DNA of 64,000 bases from Microbotryum violaceum (GCA_001244265.2 CDLV01000012.1:1488001-1552000); one strand, 5' to 3'. Shown: positions 37,358-51,342, counted from the first letter of the stretch. A program made the numbers and translations. The notes: generated by a model not told the origin, from the letters alone.

Positions 37358-39342
37358 ATGCCCCGCAGACTGTTTAGTGCATTGTCCAACGCGCTCGATC
37401 TGCCCCCATCTCAAGCCTCGAGCTCGGCAGGTCCCGCCTCGCCGACGTCCGAGCATCTTTCCCAACTTCGATCTTCAACTTCGGATGTATCAGGAACACG
37501 ATTTGGTCAACTTCGAGCCACAGCCTCGTTCAGCCCTTTCGCGTCCACTTCGCACGACGTCTACGAACTACCCCCCGATGAATGGAGCTCGTCGCTCACG
37601 GGCTCGAACGGGGGCCGCTCGTCTCAATGGAACGATAACATGGGTGTCGAGGGCGCGGAGAATCACGAAGAGAACGACGACAATGGTGCTGATACTGTAG
37701 AAGATGGCAACGCTCTCCCTTCTTACACCAGAAGAGCGCCTCATCTAGGTCGAGTGCACCCTCCTCCTCCGCGCCAACACGTCGTCACGTCGCGCAACAA
37801 GAAATTGAAGCTCGAGCTGAGAGCTCCCGGAGAGAACCACATCATCTTGATGCAGTCTCGGCCGGGAGAAACGATGAAGCTACAGGGAAAGCTTGTTGTG
37901 CGTGCGATCTCGAATGTAGCATATCACAAATCCCCGCCCAATCGGCCCAACCCTGACGATAACAATATTGGTGTTTTCGGCAGCTTCAACTTCCCAATCC
38001 CGAAGCGATCTCACAAGTGCGGGTTCGAGTCAAGGGCATCGTGCGATCGCTCGTCCTCAAAGTTCATGGATCAGGACGACACCCAGTCACGGACGAAGTG
38101 ACGATCTGGGAAGACGGCGTTGAGCTTTACTCTAGCTCACAGCTCCTGTCCAACAATCAGTCGAGCGATCCATCAAAGCTTCAAGGGTCGTTCGAGTTTG
38201 AGTTTGAACTCAAGATCCCGGCAAAGTGTTCTGGCTCCCCCAAAGCTCTTGCAACCACTGTGAGACTAGAACCCGCCTTCTTGACATGCAAAGCGGAGGA
38301 AATCCACTAATTGCGCGCACACGTGCAGCTTCGAACACTTCGGCCGACCCCTCCTAGCTTCGTGCTGAGTACCGACTCGGACGATCCTCGAGCATGGGGT
38401 AAAGGTGCCGAGTGGGCGGCGTGCCGGTACTATGTCAAGGTCACTGCATCTAGAAAGGGTCTCCTCACCCTGAACGACCGTCTTATCGTTCCAATTGTCT
38501 TTGTCCCATGCCACAACGAGCCCGAGATGTCTGCCGCTCGGACGGCAGCGTTGTCGCAAGGACTGCGTACCCCCGGCCCGGCCGTGGATCCGACCGGCTG
38601 GACGGGGAAGAAAGCTCGTCGCGATATCCGTAGTGGAATGTTTCATATGACGACACGGTCATGGTTCGAGGTTGTCTTGCTCGTTCCATCGCCTTCCAAG
38701 TTTGCCCGTCTTTCTGTGCTGCCCTTCACAGTCATGATCAAGAGCTCGGATCCCAACGCCACAACACGCTTCCCCCTTACGGCTGTCACGGTCCACCTTG
38801 TACAGCGGGCTTACGTCGGAGCGCAAGGCCTGACGAACCTGCACGACACGAGCGTCGGACGTTCTCAAATCGAAGAAGACGGGCCCAGCGAAGGGACACC
38901 GGTTCGGCGAGATGAAGCGGACGATGATGGTCCAGACTCGCAAGCGGCTGTGTGGAGCAAGCGTTTCAAGGGCGAGATCGACCTAACGCGAGGCGTGGCA
39001 ACGTCATTCAGAACCGTTAATCTCGTCATTCAATACCTCGTTGTGGTGCACGTTCAGTCCACGCCGGGAAACGAGTGCGATGTCGCCGTTCCGATCTCCA
39101 TCGTTTCAACGGCTTCGATCCTTCCTCGTGCTCGAACAGAGTCTCGAATTCCATCGGAGCGAAATTCCATCGAGATGCAACACCCATCGTCAGCTGTGAT
39201 TTCGACACAGAGCTCTCCTGTTGGGGCTCTTTGGGGTGGCCAGAGCGCAGCAGATGCCATGCTGACTGACGCTGCCCGAGATGCCCCCGCTGATCTGGGC
39301 TTACCACCATCCTATGGACAAAGTGTTGGGCTCCAGCAATGA
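37358..39342 (+). CDS. Alpha-arrestin-like protein (start codon uncertain)
   Basis: Arrestin_N-like strands 'VRVKGIVRSLV...IWED...LQGSFEFEFELKIP', 'PTPPSF...CRYYVKVTASRKGLL..NDRL', 'TSFRTVNLVIQYLVVV'. LPSY and LPPSY PY-type motifs lie near both ends. Confidence 0.6.
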
Positions 39343-39516
39343 TCACCCAAAGAGGCTGCCATACTTTTGTTTGCTTTACTGTAATCTACACCGTTGCTGT
39401 GGTGGTCTCAGCTCACTGCTATGCATTGCAGATGTGTACCCGCGCGTCATCTCAGTACAATGTCCGTACATTCGATGCGGTTGACCCTATAGACAGAGCA
39501 ACCTAATAAAGCGCGC

Positions 39517-42500
39517 TCATCGCTTCATCATGTCGGTCATGCTCATTCTAGTCTTAGTCGCAGGGGCAGGCGCACTTCCGTTCGAACGCTGCTGATTGGA
39601 GTGCGCCGATTGGATCCAGCTGGGCCCTCCCGAAGGGTAAGCGCCGTAGTACGGGGCGGCTTGCATCGGTTGGTGGTGTCGGATAGGTGGCTGAGGCGGG
39701 TTGGGCCGAAGCGTCTGCGCCCCACGCGCGCTACCAGTCTGAACGGGCCCCCCGTTCTGTCGCGGCGCCAGTACTGGTCCTGGTGCTCGATGTCGCCTAT
39801 CTTGCTTTTGCTGTTGCTGTTGCTGCTCGTCTCGTTGTCGCTTGTCCATCTCGTGAGAGGATTCCCATTGTGGTATCGCCCAACGTTCAGCGGGATAGGG
39901 CTCCGTCCAGAACCAATCGTGATCGAGCGCCTGGTGGGCTGTCAGGCGCCGATCAGGGTCGAGCAGGAGTATGTGTGCGAGAAGGTCGCCAAACGTCTCC
40001 CCCGCTTCCCATCTAGATTATCAGAGGAAATGCTACCCTGCCGTCAGATGGCTTCGGACGAAAAAAGGACTGCGGCTTACTCACTTGATTGCTCGATTCC
40101 GAATTTCGTCATTATTGGGCGGACCCGAAAATTCTTTGACTCCTTCGCACCCGGGCAGTTCGTTAAACCCAGGCATGCTCCGTTCACTAGGAGCGCCGCA
40201 CCACCTTCCAAGCCACGCCATTAAGCACCCGAAACTGCTGTCAGCGCCCAGAGTCAGATGCTTGAGTACAAGCGCACAAGCACGCACTTTGCAATGAGGA
40301 CGATTTGATTCGTGTCTGAGTCACCTGGAAAGATGGGCCGCTTGTGAAACATCTCCGCCAATACGCATCTACATCATTAAGATCACAGTGAGAAGTCGAA
40401 TCGTTTGCCACCAACCACCAAAAGTAAGAGTCAAAGGTTGTGCTCACCCCACTCCCCACATGTCAACGGCCGTGTGGTACTGCGTCTGGCCCAAGAGCAA
40501 TTCCGGAGGCCGATACCATCTTGTCACAACACAATTTGTGTAGCCTTTCGTGTTTACTTCCTTTCGAAGGCTTCGAGCAAGGCCGAAGTCTGCAATCATG
40601 AGATGGCCTTTGTTGCTGATGAGGAGGTTCGCTGCCTTCATGTCGCGATGAAGAAGGCCATTCTGAATGGCGCCACGTCGAGGAGATGGCAATCAGCAGA
40701 ACGCAAGAAGCGGAAGATGGGGCGGAAGGGCATACTTCATGGAGGTAATCTGTCCCCTCAAGCAACTGCTTTGCATACTGCTTGATGTGCGACACTTCGA
40801 GCTTGACTTTAGGGTTCTCGAGGAGACCGGCAAGATCATGATCCATGTAAGGGAACACCATGCATGTCGATCCGAGCTTGTAGTGCGCTGGATCGCCTAT
40901 TGGAGCAGACACCAGCACAAAATATCAGCCATGCCCTCACGATGTCCAAATCGACCACTAGACTTGCCATTCTCGTACGCCATATCAACGACCGGAACCA
41001 CCGCCGAATGGTTCAGTGCCTTCAAAATGCGGATCTCGCGCAGCGACGTGATGGGCATCTGCATCCTCGACTCAGTGAGAGGTCAGCCCCGCCCCGCGCG
41101 GTAATCAAGACTTCTAGCTAAACTCACCCCGTCGCTTTCGTTGTGGAGTATAATCTTCTTTAACGCGACGCAATCACCGTGTCGCACTTTGAGACCGCGC
41201 GCTACCAATACCTCTTCGCGACGTTGCTCCCCATCTGAAATGTCGCCTTTACCCCGTGTTCCCAACGATACGACACCAAAGGTTCCCTCACCTAGCTTGC
41301 GCTGAAGACGATATGCATCGATGGACGACGACCCGACCAGATCGATACCAGCGTCTTGTGCATCCTCGTCGTGGGCTTCGCCGCCGTTGAGACCAACACG
41401 AGTCTCATCTCGAACCCAAAGCTCGGTGTCACGAACATGAGTTCGTCGGCCTCCCCGCAGCACAGGTTCCCTGTCGGCCTCAAAGTGATCAGTTGACGAT
41501 GAAGGATCTAAAGGTGGAGGAGAGGTGGGGGCCGGAGTAGACTCGTTCTTGGTGATGCGCGGCGCTGCTTGTTCACTACCTGCCTCAAGTCCCGGCGAAT
41601 CAAGATCACTGGGTCGAAGCGGCGATCCTGGCCGCGGTCGAGATATGGGACTGGCTACGACTACGGAACAAGCATCGCTTCTGTCCGCTTGTTGCTCAAC
41701 CGCAAGCAGTGAGAACGTCTCGTTGTAGTGACCTTTCGTATGGGCAGGCAGCTCTGAGAAACGGCTTTGCGCACCGCCGATCGGCGAGTGTGGCAGGCGG
41801 ACTTGAGTGGCAGCATACCGTTGCGGATGAGCATTGTTGGTGGAATGGGTTGGGCCCAACGCCGTGTTGCGAGCCAAGGATATGCGCGGCTGAGGTGATC
41901 GGGACCGGGATCGCGAAGGCGACCGGGGTGATCGAGACGGTTGCCGTCTGGACTTCGATCGAAAGTGGTCGTCTCGATCGTCTCGACGACCACAAGCCCC
42001 ATCCCTACCGACCATATGCCCAAGTGTCCGCCATTCTCCATTGCTCATTCGTTTGCTACTTGGAGCATGCTCATCTCTGTCGTCATCTCTAGGGCGCTTG
42101 CGTCGATCATCATCCCGACTTCGGGAGCGGCGCCGATCCCCATCTCGAACTCGCGGTGATCTCGAAGGCCTGGACCAACCATCGCCCCCTTCCGAGGGTT
42201 CATGATACTGGGGATATATTTCACCGTGTGAACGGCGACGCGAAGAATCCTTTTGTGGGTGACGGGGTGCTGCTCCGCCTCGCCCGGTGGCAGCATCGCG
42301 GGTCGGAAGCCGAGTGTCGGAGCGCTCGCGATCATCCTTCGCGTGTCTATAGTTTTCTTCCTTCGCGCTGCGATTGATTCGTGACCCCCAACTTGAGCTA
42401 TTGACCGATAGAGATTCCTCGCTGTGTCGACTCGGGGCCACCCTCACTCGAGGGGACCGCGAACGCCGTGGGTCCGGATCGTCATCCAATTCGCCCTCTT

Positions 42501-43438
42501 CTCGCCCACTGTCGTCGAAAGGTTCTGGTGTCATCGGACGTTCCCCGCTGGTATGCCGAAAGTCACGGGGACGGCGGGCTTCTCTGGACGCCATAATAGT
42601 ACTTGTGGAAGCAGGCGTGTGGGAATCCCCTTTCTCCGGCTGATTCAGCGAACGAGACTGACCGCCGCCGACCGATTCCTCGTATAACTGTTGACGAGCC
42701 TTAGCATCTTCCGGGTCGATTAGAGGGTCCCGAAGTGCCGCCGCTGCTTTCCCAGGCGAGTTGGCCATCTTCTTGCGAGGAGAAGTGCTACCAGCGAACG
42801 GCAGTTTCCCAGCTTCGGGGGAAGGTGAGGCTACGAACGGCACGGGGTCAGATGTGAATGAATCAGTTCGCCCGTTCCGCGTGAGGATCAATCAGTGGTA
42901 GCTGCCCGCGAGAGCCAAAGCACTCACGTGTGGACGGCCCGATGATGCCTGCCTGATGCGCTGGCTTGTCAGCCATTGTGTTTATTGTAGAAGTGTTGCG
43001 CGTTCCGTAGGCCGATGCTTTGGCCGCGGCCAGGTCCTTCTGTCCTTTGAATGTGAATTGAATTGACGACCGTGGCTTGACGCCGCCGACAAGCCGTATG
43101 CTACAACGATACCAAGTACATGGTGGCGGCGCATGTGTTTCATCCGAGCAACTTCGATCAGTCTCGATCGTTTGGTTCATGCAGCTAAGCCGAACTCACG
43201 GAGCTATAGCCGCCTTGCCACCAGCCCCATCCTGTTTGGTGGGCGCCGACCCGGTGGTCAAGGTCTCGTTTGTGGCCGGCACAGCAGATATCGGGACCGA
43301 TGATGCCGAGGAAGACATGGATGACTTGAGTGCGGCTGCGCCTCTGATTGTTAGACTTGCATTTGCGCTGGCCGCTGATGGTGAGGACGGTGAGCTGGAC
43401 CGGGATGTACGCCCCATGCTCGACCCCACGCCGGACAT
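39517..43438 (-). CDS. BUR1: Bur1/Cdk9-type cyclin-dependent kinase with long Arg/Ser-rich N-terminal region
   Basis: '[10 protein letters not shown]', '[29 protein letters not shown]', '[17 protein letters not shown]', '[40 protein letters not shown]'. The 5' exons (43438 MSGVGSS..IAP|IRLVGG..GPST|) join in frame. Confidence 0.88.
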
Positions 43439-43834
43439 GACTCGAGCCTACTCGAGCAGCCACGGCCAAGGTCGAAAGCGCTTGGTGAGAGTCTTGCAGA
43501 GCCCGAGCGTCGCTACGAGACAGGCGCAGGGTTGCTGTGCGATGGGGGGTTACGAATGCAGATATGGTGCAAGGAGCAAGAGGTAGAGCGAGCTTGTCGT
43601 TGCGAGTCCGTCGTCGCGCGTCGGCTTCCTTCGGACTTTCTTCGGACTTCCCTTCGACCTTCATCGCGTGCTTTTACCCAACCATCATCGATCGAAAGTA
43701 TTCTGACCAAGACCGGAGCTCACAGTACTAGGTTTTCGAGGGCTGGCGGGGACGCAGAACCGACACTGATATTACAATACTTCTGCTTTCAGCCGATGGA
43801 AAAGGGCAACTCCTCCACCTTTTCTCGTGGCAAC

Positions 43835-44805
43835 TCAGAATTCGAACTCGCTAAGGTTTATCGGCGCCCCAGAGTCGGATAGGATCACGGGAGGTGTGCA
43901 AGGTGCGAGGTAGTAGCACGTCGGTGTCAACACAGTGATATCGAAACGAATGAACCTGAACCGTACGGCGCCCTGGTGAACTTACCCGTTGCATTTGGCA
44001 AAAAGGTAGTCCTTGCCGTTGACCGAGACCAGGCCGTCTTTGAGCGTGACCTTCCACTTGTTCTTGACCCGTTGCACCTGGTGATATGGCCGCGGCATGA
44101 TTTGCTCGTCAACCCAAGCCCGCAGCGCCAAGCACAGTACAGCACAGCGCGGCACAGCACAACAGGGGAGCGTCGGTATCGAACCTTTTCATACAGCGCA
44201 ATGACAAGATCACCCTCTTGCCCGGCGCCGGCGCCGTCATCATCGTCGTCGCCGTCCTCGTCCGAGTCATCAAGGTCCGAGTTGATCGCATCGTCGTCGG
44301 CGTCGGCTTTCGGTTTGGCTGGCGTCACCGCGGGCGAACAAGTGCCATTACCCGCTACCGCTGTTGAGCGATCCTTTTCCTTTTCGTCGCTGTCGTCCTC
44401 TCCCTTGACCCCCGCAGCGGCTGCAGCCGATGTCGAAGCCACGGGGCCCGGAGCTGACGTCGACGCAGGCTCCGCCGCGCGCGTTGAGGACTCGCTCGGC
44501 AACATGGGGAACGCTTGTGCGATCGCAGCCATCCTCGAGTCCTGGGTAAAGTCGGCTACCCTCGAAGAAGCAACCTTGGCCTCCCAACTGCGCTGCAGCT
44601 CGTGTAGCACCTCGATCTGCACGCCGGCTTCGTCAAAGTCGACCGTCGCTTTCTCGACGACATCATCGATGATGGATCGGTAGACGGCCGCCTGAGACAA
44701 AAGTAAGGTGTAGCGCATGGTTCAGTGGAGCGTACGAAACGGGTGAGATCTGTGTTGACGGGGCCAAGGGTGAATATATGATCGTACCACTTGTCGATTC
44801 GACAT
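43835..44805 (-). CDS. TOA1: Transcription factor IIA large (alpha/beta) subunit
   Basis: MSNRQV|AAVYRSIIDDVV..DFDEAGVQIEVLHELQRSWEAKV; acidic 'AINSDLDDSD'; C-terminal 'ALYEKV|QRVKNKWKVTLKDGLVSVNGKDYLFAKCNG|EFEF*'. Confidence 0.94.
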
Positions 44806-45358
44806 GGTGCGAAACCGCGCCCGGATCGACGTGCTGGAGCTCCTGGCTGACCAGCTCCACACACACTGACTGCACACGACCGAAAAGCGAGCGAGCCGAT
44901 GCTATCAAGGCGGAGTGTGGGGTGGGTCCGGGTTTGTGGGCGGAGAGAGGCAGGGTGTGGGAAGTGGGAGCTTGTGAATGGCCTGAGTAGGTGGAGGGGC
45001 ACCGAGCTGCGCAAGAGGTGGATCGTAATCGTATAGATCGCAACCTCTTAATCTATTGTAATCATCGAGCGATCGGAGAGGCGCCCCTTTCAATTTTTGA
45101 TTAGAAATCGAGCTAGTCTGGTTATATGGCCCGCGCAGAAGGCGTGCGCTTCCAGGCCAGGCCATTCACATATTCACAGCAGTTCACTGCCCACAACCCT
45201 CCAAGGCCGGAGCGCTCCGCCGAATTCAAGCGACCCGAGGCGACCCGCGCGATTTCGCGAGGCCAGGCGCGACCTCACCTCGTCTTGTAACCGCACCGCG
45301 CTCCGCCTCTCACCCCGCTTGCGTCCGTCCCGTCACACTCCTACAAGCTCAGTCCACC

Positions 45359-46651
45359 ATGTTCGCCGTCGCTCGAAGGTCATTGTTTGTCGCACCCCGC
45401 CTTGCGCGTGGGTACGCCGAAGCCGCGTCCGAGAAGCTCCGTCTTTCGCTCGTCCTCCCTCACGAGGTCCGTTCAAGCACCGCTCACTTCGTCTCGGGCG
45501 GTCCGGCTTAGCTTACTGGACTGATCCCGTGATGTGCCCCATAGACCATCTACAACAGGCAGGATGTCGTTCAGGTTCGTTCGAAGGGGAACCGGGCGAG
45601 GGAGCCTGCGACCATTACCCTCCCGTTTGGCTCGGTTGCTGACCTGCATCCAGTTTGTGCACTTCGATCCGTAACACAGGTCAACCTTTCGGCCGTCAGC
45701 GGTGATATGGGCATGTAAGTGAATGAGCCAGGTGCGGCTCTAGACCGATTGGGTCATCGCCGGGAGATCGTCGCTCGTCGCAGGCCCAGGTCACGGTGAA
45801 CGCATCGTCGAGTCGGGCGGGCCATTTACCAAAACGACCCCGAGCATGCTCATCGACTACATGCCCTACGACCCACGATCGCACCTCGACCGATGTCAAG
45901 TCGTTGCTGGGTGTTCCGCGCCTGCCCAGACCCCATTCACTGACCACGCGCGGCTTACCCGCACTCGCGCGGACCAACAGTCTCGCCAACCACGTACCCA
46001 TCATCGAAGCTCTCGCTCCGGGCGTCCTGGAAGTCATCGAGGGTTCTTCCAACGAGACCAAGAAGTGGTTCGGTGAGTGCCATCCATCCCGCTGCGAAAA
46101 GCAGGACCAGGCGTGTCGGCATCAAGTGGAGAAACCATTCTGGCTGCATCGCTCGGCCCAATCTCAGCAAGCTCTGCATTACTGATTGCTGTCCTTCCCC
46201 CATCTGCTTCCTTGTGCCACCGCCACAATTGTAATTCCGATCAACTTGTTCAGTCTCCGGAGGCTTTGCCAACGTCCACCCCAACAACTTGCTCACCGTC
46301 AACGCCGTCGAGGCTTGTAAGTCTCAGCGCGTGGGCGAGCATGCATCTTTTCTAGTACGGGAGAGCGCAGTCACTCATGGCCAACATGCATCCGTTTCGT
46401 CTCGTTCTCGTCACAGATCCTCTGGACGCCTTCTCGCCCGAGGTCAGTCCCCGGATCATCGACGTTGCCGCTCCATGTGCCCGTCACTTGGATCATCTCT
46501 AGTATGCTGATCTCCGTCCCCACAGGCCATCCGATCGGCTCTTTCCGAGGCTCAACGCGTCGCTTCCGGCTCGGGTGATGCGGCTGAGAAGGCCGAGGCT
46601 CAAGTCGAGGTTGAGGTTTACGAGGCCCTGCAAACCGCTCTCAAGGCTTAA
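45359..46651 (+). CDS. ATP16: Mitochondrial F1 ATP synthase delta subunit (about 7 exons)
   Basis: MFAVARRSLF..RGYAEAASEKLRLSLVLPHE|TIYNRQDVVQ|VNLSAVSGDMG|ILANHVPIIEALAPGVLEV..KKWF|VSGGFANVHPNNLLTVNAVEA|YPLDAFSPE|AIRSAL..AEAQVEVEVYEALQTALKA*. Confidence 0.93.
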
Positions 46652-46859
46652 AAACACAGCTCGGTCTATGGAAACTCGAGGAGACCGGACATTAGAGGAC
46701 AGGAGAAGGGTTAGGTACAGGGTCTACGGCGTGCCTTTAAGGATTGCCATGGTAGACAATTGTTTTCTCGGAGCATTCAAAGCAAGTGTGGTCACGACGA
46801 AGAAGGCTACGCGCATCGCCACGGCCAAAGTCGGGACACATCTCTATAGCCTGGTCATT

Positions 46860-48354
46860 TCAGAGTTGCGCATTGCAGTCTTGAGGTGACCCGGCGCTCG
46901 GTATTGTCCCATCAATCGCCTTCTTGACCGCTTCGAACGTCCCCAAGAAGACGGCCCCGCCCATTGAGATCCAAGCCACTCGAGGGGCAAGGCCTGAGAA
47001 CAGCACCCTGACACCTTCTTCTCTCCATATGATACCGAAGGTTTTCGGCATTGAAGAGGGGTATTGTCGGACCGTGGCTGTATCCTGCAGGTGCACCGTC
47101 GCGTGAAGCGCCGACGAAGCCGAGTGTTGAGTCGCGCCAGCACATGGATCGACACCGGTCATCGTGCGAGCGAGCTTACCAAAGTGGACGCCGAGCGACC
47201 GCTCAGCATAATCCTCGTCTTGCATACATCCAAGGGCGTGGTCAGAGCTGCCGAGATACCGCCAGCAACACTCCCGCACGCTGCAGCTTCGATCGATGGC
47301 AGGTCCGAGGCTTTGCCCGAGGCGGTTCTCCGGCGGGCCAGAACAAGTTTCATACGCTCGTACATTGGGAACTGAAGGCACGTGAATGGAATCTGCATGG
47401 AAGGTAAAGCATCAGGACAGTTGAAAGTTCGCCTTTATCATCTGCGAGTCTTAGAAGGAGGGATGGCGAACTTCTCTGGCGACGGTCGATCCAAATCCTC
47501 TGTAAAATCCGCGCAGACCTGATGTAGTCCAAATCGATCGAGCTATTGGCCAGCCCGAGGTCGGCAGGGTGGAAGTTTGGGACCGTTGCTTCACAACTTC
47601 GGTTGGTACTCGGATCATACACGCCGCCTGCAGACGGGAAAGTGGTGAATTCAAAGATGAGCAAGGTGGTGCCAGCTGCGTGGCATCAGGCTGCGCATCC
47701 GTGTCGCGACTTTTCGGTCGCGGCAGGGGCAGCCAGCTATCGTTGCTGCCATAAAAACCCGTGCTTCTGGGTGGTGAGATGGCGAATGCTGGTGCGAGAA
47801 GGATACAGTGGAGGGGGGACTGACAACCTCGCCTCCGCTCGCCGAGAGCATGTGCAACGCTGGTGCGTATTCATCGGTCCCGAGTTGAGGAATCCATGCC
47901 GGCAGCCGGGCCTTGAGCGTTTCATACGTCGTGAAAAACGCCGAGGCTGTGCTCGAAAGTTTTCAATGCGTTGTAGATGCAGGCCAACATGTGGGTTGAG
48001 ACGACGAGGCAAGCAGAGATAGGTCGTAGTCAGCCGCCACGTTTCATAGAGGCCGAGGCGAGCCGTATGAAAGAGCCTACCCCCCGGAGCACTGCCTATC
48101 ACTGCACTGCTGAGCCCACGGTATACGCCTGTAAAACCTCCGGAAGCGAAGAACCCCTGTTGCGACTGAGCGCGGGTTTTGAGCGTGTCGATCGGGAAGA
48201 AGAGCGTGTCGACCGCCGTGCCGGCTAGTCCACCGGCTACGAGCGCACTGGAGGCTGTGCTGAGGACCCTGCTCGAGTCTCTTGTTCCTGATGGCAATGT
48301 TGACCGTGTTGTGGGTGCGCCGGCCGAGAGAACCGGAACGGCAGAGTCGGCCAT
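46860..48354 (-). CDS. SAM5: Mitochondrial S-adenosylmethionine carrier (Sam5/Pet8, SLC25A26-like)
   Basis: Three carrier signatures: '[13 protein letters not shown]', '[12 protein letters not shown]', '[13 protein letters not shown]'. Also '[14 protein letters not shown]', '[14 protein letters not shown]' and '[15 protein letters not shown]'. Confidence 0.88.
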
Positions 48355-48637
48355 GGCGAGATCACGTGAGGGCGGAGCAAGATGGCGCGTGGGCCCGGTC
48401 ACTGCCCGGTCGCAATCGCGCATCCCGAGCTTTGCCAAAGACACGGACGGTCTGACACGACGGTCTGACACGGTACGGACACGGTAGGACACGGTTTTTT
48501 TGTAATCCGACCACCGTTGAGAAGGGGTCCAAGCGTCGCACGCGCGAGTTCGACATTTGAGATGCTTGAACGTCGCCCTGCTTCGCTCTTCCCCTCTTTT
48601 CGAGCGCAAGTCGATTAGATCATCGTTGCTTGGGTCG

Positions 48638-51342
48638 ATGACCCCTCCGCAGATCCTGTCGCTCCACCACGGCGTACACGCCATCGGCAGCGGAGGGCGC
48701 CGTCACCAGCTCGGACAGCTGTTGCCGCATCAACGCCGTGCCGACAGCTTCGACGACCAACTGGCTCAACATCAGGCTCAGGCCCAGGCCCAAGACTCGC
48801 TCACCGGCTACACCAGCGAGCTGGAACAGTCAACTGGGGCAACCATGTCCTTGGATCCCCGCTCATCGGACTCGACGAGCCTGTCCCCCCTCAGAGACTC
48901 GTTTCCCCATCACCGTGAGTTGCTGAGTCTGTCGCCACACTCGCTCGGCCCACTCGTGGTCGCGCAACGCCTTGACTGAATTGACCAGCCCCTTGCATTT
49001 GTGGTCAGGCGCGAGTTACAACGCTGCTGCCAAGAAGCTCGCCCAAAAGTCGGGACGATGTCAAACTCGCCCACCAGGGATCGATGCGCGTCGGATTGAC
49101 CTGCCCAAATTGCAAGCGCCGTGCGTGATCCAGGTGGTTGATTGCGCGAAAGACGTGAGTGATCCTTGATGCTAAATTCGGGGAAAGCGACCTGATCTGA
49201 GCCTTGTGCATTTCTTCTACAACGTTGCTGTTTGATCGACCAGTTTGTACAATTTCGAGTCTTCGACAACTCAACGCTGGGCGCCTTCCTCGAGGAGCCG
49301 CGACCCGTCAAGTCCAAGCTCCGATACATCCATGTCAATGGGCTGAGCTGGGATGTGATCAAACCTCTAGCTGTCAAGTTTGATTTGCACCGGCTTTCGC
49401 TCGAAGACATGGCGAGTTCGTCCCGAACGTTGCCGATGCATCACCCGACGAAAGCTCACATCCCGCACGGCTCTCGCAGATTCATCATCACGGCACCTCG
49501 GCCACGAGGACAAGCCTAGGGAGCAAAGCTGATTACTTCCGTCAGCACCTCTTCGTCTCTCTGCTGATGCAGAATGTCGTGAACGAGTTGGAGGAGGTGG
49601 ACGGCAACGTCGACGCTCCTTTCGACCCGTCCGCAGCACCTTGTCCTATCCGGGACGCGCGCGGATCCCATCTCGACGAAGAAAATATCATTGGGTCGCC
49701 CGACCACAATGTCGATGAAACTGGACAAGCTGATATAGAGGAGCATGCCTTGTTAAGCCACGCCGAATATGTCTTAGCGCTCAATGAGGCGTTTGAGCGT
49801 CTGGAATCCTGTTCGCCTGCGGGGCCAAAGAACGGCCATGAAGTAGGAGTATACTGAGTTTACTACCGAGCGGAGGATCCAAGCCGAACTAACTATTCTT
49901 CTCTGTCTTCAGCTCGTGTACACGAACTCGGCCGAGGTCGATCCCTTTTTCGAGTCACCCAGGGCCCACAGTCGATCGAACCGACTGAAGCAGAATGAAC
50001 GTCGCGCAGCTCGATGGACCGTCGCCGAGCTGACCAAGGAGGCCAAAGTTCGAATCAGCGTCGAGCAGCTGAGCGTCTTCCTGCTCGACTCGACGGTGAT
50101 CTCTTTCAGTCAGGACCCGGGCTTTCATCCCCAAGTCTCCTCAGTGTTTGATCGCATGGCGTCGCAGGATGACCTAATTCGGGACTCGGAACAGCCCTCT
50201 ATGGTGTTGCAGGCCTTGATTGATGTTGTTGTTGACGATGCTCTCGTTATTGTCGACGAGTTCCGGGACCGCCTGACACGTATCGAAGCCACTGTGCTGG
50301 CCCATGCGGACGATGACGATGTCAGAAGGTTGCACATACTTAGTTCACAGGTAAGAATCAACTCACAGACCGGGATCAGGGTGAAGCTTACGGGGCTGGC
50401 TCGCTTTTTCACGTTCTGACACAACATACCTCTTTGCCTGGTCCGTTTGCAGCTCTTGCTCCTCAAATCGACTTTCTCACCACTTCAGCTTCTTATCTCC
50501 TCTTTACGCACGCAAGACGAGGCCAAGTACGCTGCGACCTTGCACCATAATTCGACCAACCCGGTGAATGCCAAGAATCGCAGAGGCTGGGTCACGCATC
50601 AAGCACAATTGTACCTCGGCGATGTCCTGGATCACATCGAGCGCGTTCTCGGCGATTTCGAGCTCTTTTCGAACATGAGCGAGAATCTGATCTCTTACGC
50701 CTTGTGAGTCGAGTCGACTTGGGACTTGTTGGTACTATTTGTCATGCCGTCGGTAATGACTCACACTCGTTTCTTGACGGTATGCTGCTTCTGAACACGG
50801 CGCATCCCCAGTAATATGAGCGCGCAGCAGACCAACAGTTACATGCAGGCGCTGAGCGTCCTGTCAAGTTGCTTCCTCCCTCTGACATTCCTATCGGGCT
50901 ACTTCGGGATGAACGCAAGTTTTAGTTTTACGTTGCGCGGCGCAGTGCGTGCTTTACGATGTCTGACCCCGGAAGCTCGTGCTCGCAAACAGTTCGAACG
51001 ATTTCCCCACGTCCTCGACGGTGATGTCAGCTAGTAAGTGCCCGCAGTCGAGGCCTTGTGATATCACCCGACCGCTAAATCGGTCGCGTCGGCAGCTTCT
51101 GGATCATCGCTATTCCAGTGTCGGCTGCGACGGTGATTCTGTTCTCATGGTGAGTCCCGCTCGAAGTCGCTTTCACTCGAAGTTCCTTGCGGCGGCTGAG
51201 GCTGGCCGCCTAGGCTCTGTCTTTCTTTTCTTGGTCATTTCCTGTCAGGACCTACATCCGCACCTGGGTCTCAGCAATGAAGCGAAACTTTATGCGGCTG
51301 AATCATCGACGGATCGTCTACAAGCGGGACAAGGCGTTGTAG
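48638..51342 (+). CDS. CorA-family divalent cation (Mg2+) transporter
   Basis: 'RYIHVNGLSWDVIKPLAVKFDLHRLSLEDM', 'EQLSVFL..TVISF', 'LQALIDVVVD', 'LYLGDVLDHI', 'FLPLTFLSGYFGMN|F' (GMN signature), then a second TM helix. Confidence 0.9.

Noticed and set aside
43976-44683. Long antisense ORFs (here, and e.g. 12120..12845 and 39601..40224)
   Set aside because: These are shadow frames of GC-rich real genes (TOA1, ISA1, BUR1) with no independent motifs.
45715-45980. Unusually long ATP16 intron as a possible ncRNA host
   Set aside because: No recognisable C/D or H/ACA boxes and no other supporting motif.
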